DNA of 64,000 bases from Geopsychrobacteraceae bacterium (GTDB lineage: Bacteria > Desulfobacterota > Desulfuromonadia > Desulfuromonadales > Geopsychrobacteraceae): assembly GCA_963662315.1 (NCBI GenBank), contig OY759353.1, positions 2,848,001-2,912,000 of the forward strand, written 5' to 3'. Numbering within the stretch: the first letter of the stretch is position 1; each line of letters starts with the position of its first letter. The notes below the pieces were generated by a model. The model had not been told where the DNA came from. It ran no database searches and saw only the letters and a list, made by a program, of their open reading frames with translations. Shown in pieces: positions 61,797-64,000 of the stretch. The position numbers and the translations under genes are program-made.

Positions 61797-62699
61797 TCAG
61801 GACAATACTTCGATAAAACTTCTCTGAATATAGTCATAAAAGTCCTCGGCTGCGGGGCTTAACGGGGCTCGCTTGCGTTTCATCAACACCACTTCTCTGG
61901 CAATCACCGGTTCGATCAGCGGAATCTTCAAGACTTCGGGGTTGTGGAAAAAAGGGAGCGAGAGTCCTGGGACAACGGCACTGCCGATTCCTTGATCGAC
62001 AAAACCAGTTTGCGTTGAAAGTGACTGAACCTCATCACTCCAGACCAAAGCAACATCATGCCGGTTCAATTGCTCATCAATGATCCGCCGATTAGCCGAC
62101 GTTGCACTGCCTAGCATGATAACCGCATGACCTGCCAGATCTTTCCAGCGAATTTTTTTCATTTTTGACAAGGGGTGTTCAGGCCGGCATGCCAGATAGA
62201 AGCGGTCCTCACAGATCGGGTCCAGTTCCAGCTCTTTTGCTTCAGTTGTCTTGATCCCAACACCGAATTCAACCGTTCGGTCACGCACTTTCTCTGTTAC
62301 TTCCATACCGTTACCATCATGCACCAAAAAACGGACATCCGGTTTTTTTTGCCGATAGCTGACAACCAGTTTGGGAAGAGCGTTCCCGGCGATAGTTGTC
62401 AGGCAGGCAATCTCCACCAGGCTTTCTTTCTGCGAAGCGATCCGCAAAAGCCGTTCGTCAAAGCGGTCAAAGTCATTGATCAGGGCCCGCGAATTTTCCA
62501 GCAATTCCCGACCGACGTGGGTCAGGCTGACCTTTTGTGTTGTCCGGTCGAACAGAGGAGCACCGACATACTCCTCCAGTTTGCTGATGCGTCGACTCAG
62601 AGCTGAAGGGGTGATGAACAGATTCTCGGAGGCCTCATGGAACGACTCCAAGGCGACAATGCTGACGAAAGCACGGATATCTTCAATCGATGGCTTCAT
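61797..62699 (-). CDS. LysR family transcriptional regulator
   Basis: SF..AS..L.ITPSALSRRI..LE, LFDRTT. Confidence 0.93.
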   Translation of the reverse strand: MKPSIEDIRAFVSIVALESFHEASENLFITPSALSRRISKLEEYVGAPLFDRTTQKVSLTHVGRELLENSRALINDFDRFDERLLRIASQKESLVEIACLTTIAGNALPKLVVSYRQKKPDVRFLVHDGNGMEVTEKVRDRTVEFGVGIKTTEAKELELDPICEDRFYLACRPEHPLSKMKKIRWKDLAGHAVIMLGSATSANRRIIDEQLNRHDVALVWSDEVQSLSTQTGFVDQGIGSAVVPGLSLPFFHNPEVLKIPLIEPVIAREVVLMKRKRAPLSPAAEDFYDYIQRSFIEVLS

Positions 62700-62798
62700 G
62701 ATTTTTTCTCAACAAAGTTTGACTATTAGTCACTTTACATCAACAAAATTAGTTTATAGCATAAGCCCAAAGATAAAGGAATAAGGGGTTGTGAACCT

Positions 62799-63770
62799 AT
62801 GAAAAAAAATCAATCGATACAGTTGAAGAATGTCTCCAGTTATTTTGTCGGCGGGGAGAATAAAACCATCTCAGGTGCCGGAGTCCGCAATGTCAGTTAT
62901 TCGTTGAGTGGTGTTTCTCGTCCCTATTCAATCGATGGCGACTACGAATATGGTCAAATGTACGTTCAGGTTTATGAGCAGGCTCAGGCCCGTTATCAAG
63001 CCCCTTTACTGATGTGGCATGGTGGCGGAATGACCGGAACAGTGTGGGAAAGTACCGCTAATGGTGAGCCCGGATGGCTCGATTATTTTCTGAAAGAGGG
63101 ATACAGCGTTTACGTCTCTGATGCGGTTGAACGGGGGCGTTCTGGTTTTGACCCGACGGCAATAATGAATGGAACGCCACTGTTCCGCTCGAAACAGGAG
63201 GCTTGGGAGCTATTCCGCATCGGAACCAAAGAGGGCTACTGCGACTCGGCAGAAGAGCGGATTCCCTTCCCCGGAACACAGTTTCCAGCTGCTTCTTTTG
63301 ATTTTTATTGCCGCAGCTTTGTACCCCGTTTTGAAGGTAACCGCGGGCAGATTGTCGCGGCTTATAAGCAGATGGTCGGGGAACTTCCAGAAAGTATCAT
63401 TATGGCGCACAGTCAGGGAGGTGGATTCGCTCTTCAGGTTGTCTCTGAAAATCCTCTGCCGGTTAAGGCTGTTGTTGCCGTTGAGCCTTCCGGTGCCCCT
63501 GAATTGACGGATGATGTTGATTGGAAGGCGGTCGGGAAAATTCCTCATTTGATCGTTTGGGGAGATCATTTTGAGCAGCACAAAGTCTGGCAAAGCTATC
63601 GCTCTTCAGTTGATCGCTATGTCGATAAGGTTAGAAAAAATGGGGGAAATATCGATGTTATTTCACTGCCGTCAATCGGAATTTCTGGAAACTCTCACTG
63701 CCCCATGTCTGATCTGAACAGTGAGCAGGTTGCTGATGTTATCGCCGCATGGTTGCGAGAAAAAATCTAA
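62799..63770 (+). CDS. alpha/beta hydrolase (esterase-like)
   Basis: HGGGMTG, AHSQGG, GI.GNSH. Confidence 0.85.
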   Translation: MKKNQSIQLKNVSSYFVGGENKTISGAGVRNVSYSLSGVSRPYSIDGDYEYGQMYVQVYEQAQARYQAPLLMWHGGGMTGTVWESTANGEPGWLDYFLKEGYSVYVSDAVERGRSGFDPTAIMNGTPLFRSKQEAWELFRIGTKEGYCDSAEERIPFPGTQFPAASFDFYCRSFVPRFEGNRGQIVAAYKQMVGELPESIIMAHSQGGGFALQVVSENPLPVKAVVAVEPSGAPELTDDVDWKAVGKIPHLIVWGDHFEQHKVWQSYRSSVDRYVDKVRKNGGNIDVISLPSIGISGNSHCPMSDLNSEQVADVIAAWLREKI

Positions 63771-63793
63771 CACTGATGAGAAAGGGTATTGTT

Positions 63794-64000
63794 ATGAGGA
63801 AAATGCTGGTTGCAATACTGATGGTTTTGCCGGCCTGCGGCTTTGCTTCAGCGGCGGAATACAAGATCGATGTATCTCTCGACACGCCACCGAGCCATAT
63901 CAGGAATTTATCGTTTGTTGAGTTCGCCAAGGAAATTGGAGAGAGTTCCGGCGGACGTATAGAAATGAATATTTTCCACAGCGCGTCTCAATTCAAAGGT
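63794..64000 (+). CDS. dctP: TRAP transporter substrate-binding protein DctP (partial, runs off the window)
   Basis: Manual translation MRKMLVAIL...FAKEIGESSGGRIEMNIFHSASQFKG. Confidence 0.75.
   Translation, partial: MRKMLVAILMVLPACGFASAAEYKIDVSLDTPPSHIRNLSFVEFAKEIGESSGGRIEMNIFHSASQFKG

Overview
64-kb bacterial window. The gene repertoire looks like an anaerobic deltaproteobacterium (Desulfuromonadales-like; inferred from gene content only). It has two accessory regions in ordinary housekeeping sequence. (1) 1-~11.3 kb is a decaying integron-type cassette array with no integrase in the window. It carries intact and mutated attC sites and is invaded by class C-attC group II introns: one intact 1902-nt copy nested 2 nt inside the 5' end of an older copy, plus two more fragments that each abut a 450-bp structured tandem repeat. 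(2) 34.6-49.3 kb is a polymorphic toxin locus: a thiolase-like adaptor, a DUF4150 PAAR-like protein, a MIX/VasX-like membrane toxin, then seven paralogous immunity genes. Every immunity gene starts exactly 9 nt after an effector 3' end and is followed 7-9 nt after its stop by a conserved GTTCTTTGACAATTGAATA motif resembling the Nus-factor boxA antiterminator. Every orphan module starts at the same 13-mer (GCAGGCCAAAGCC). This boxA-punctuated immunity array is the best candidate for an undescribed system. The rest encodes transporters, two-component proteins, argP/lysE, a DUF2318-ABC metal operon, srkA, a complete nqrABCDEF-apbE operon and the start of a TRAP operon. All family assignments come from motif recognition by eye; no searches were run.
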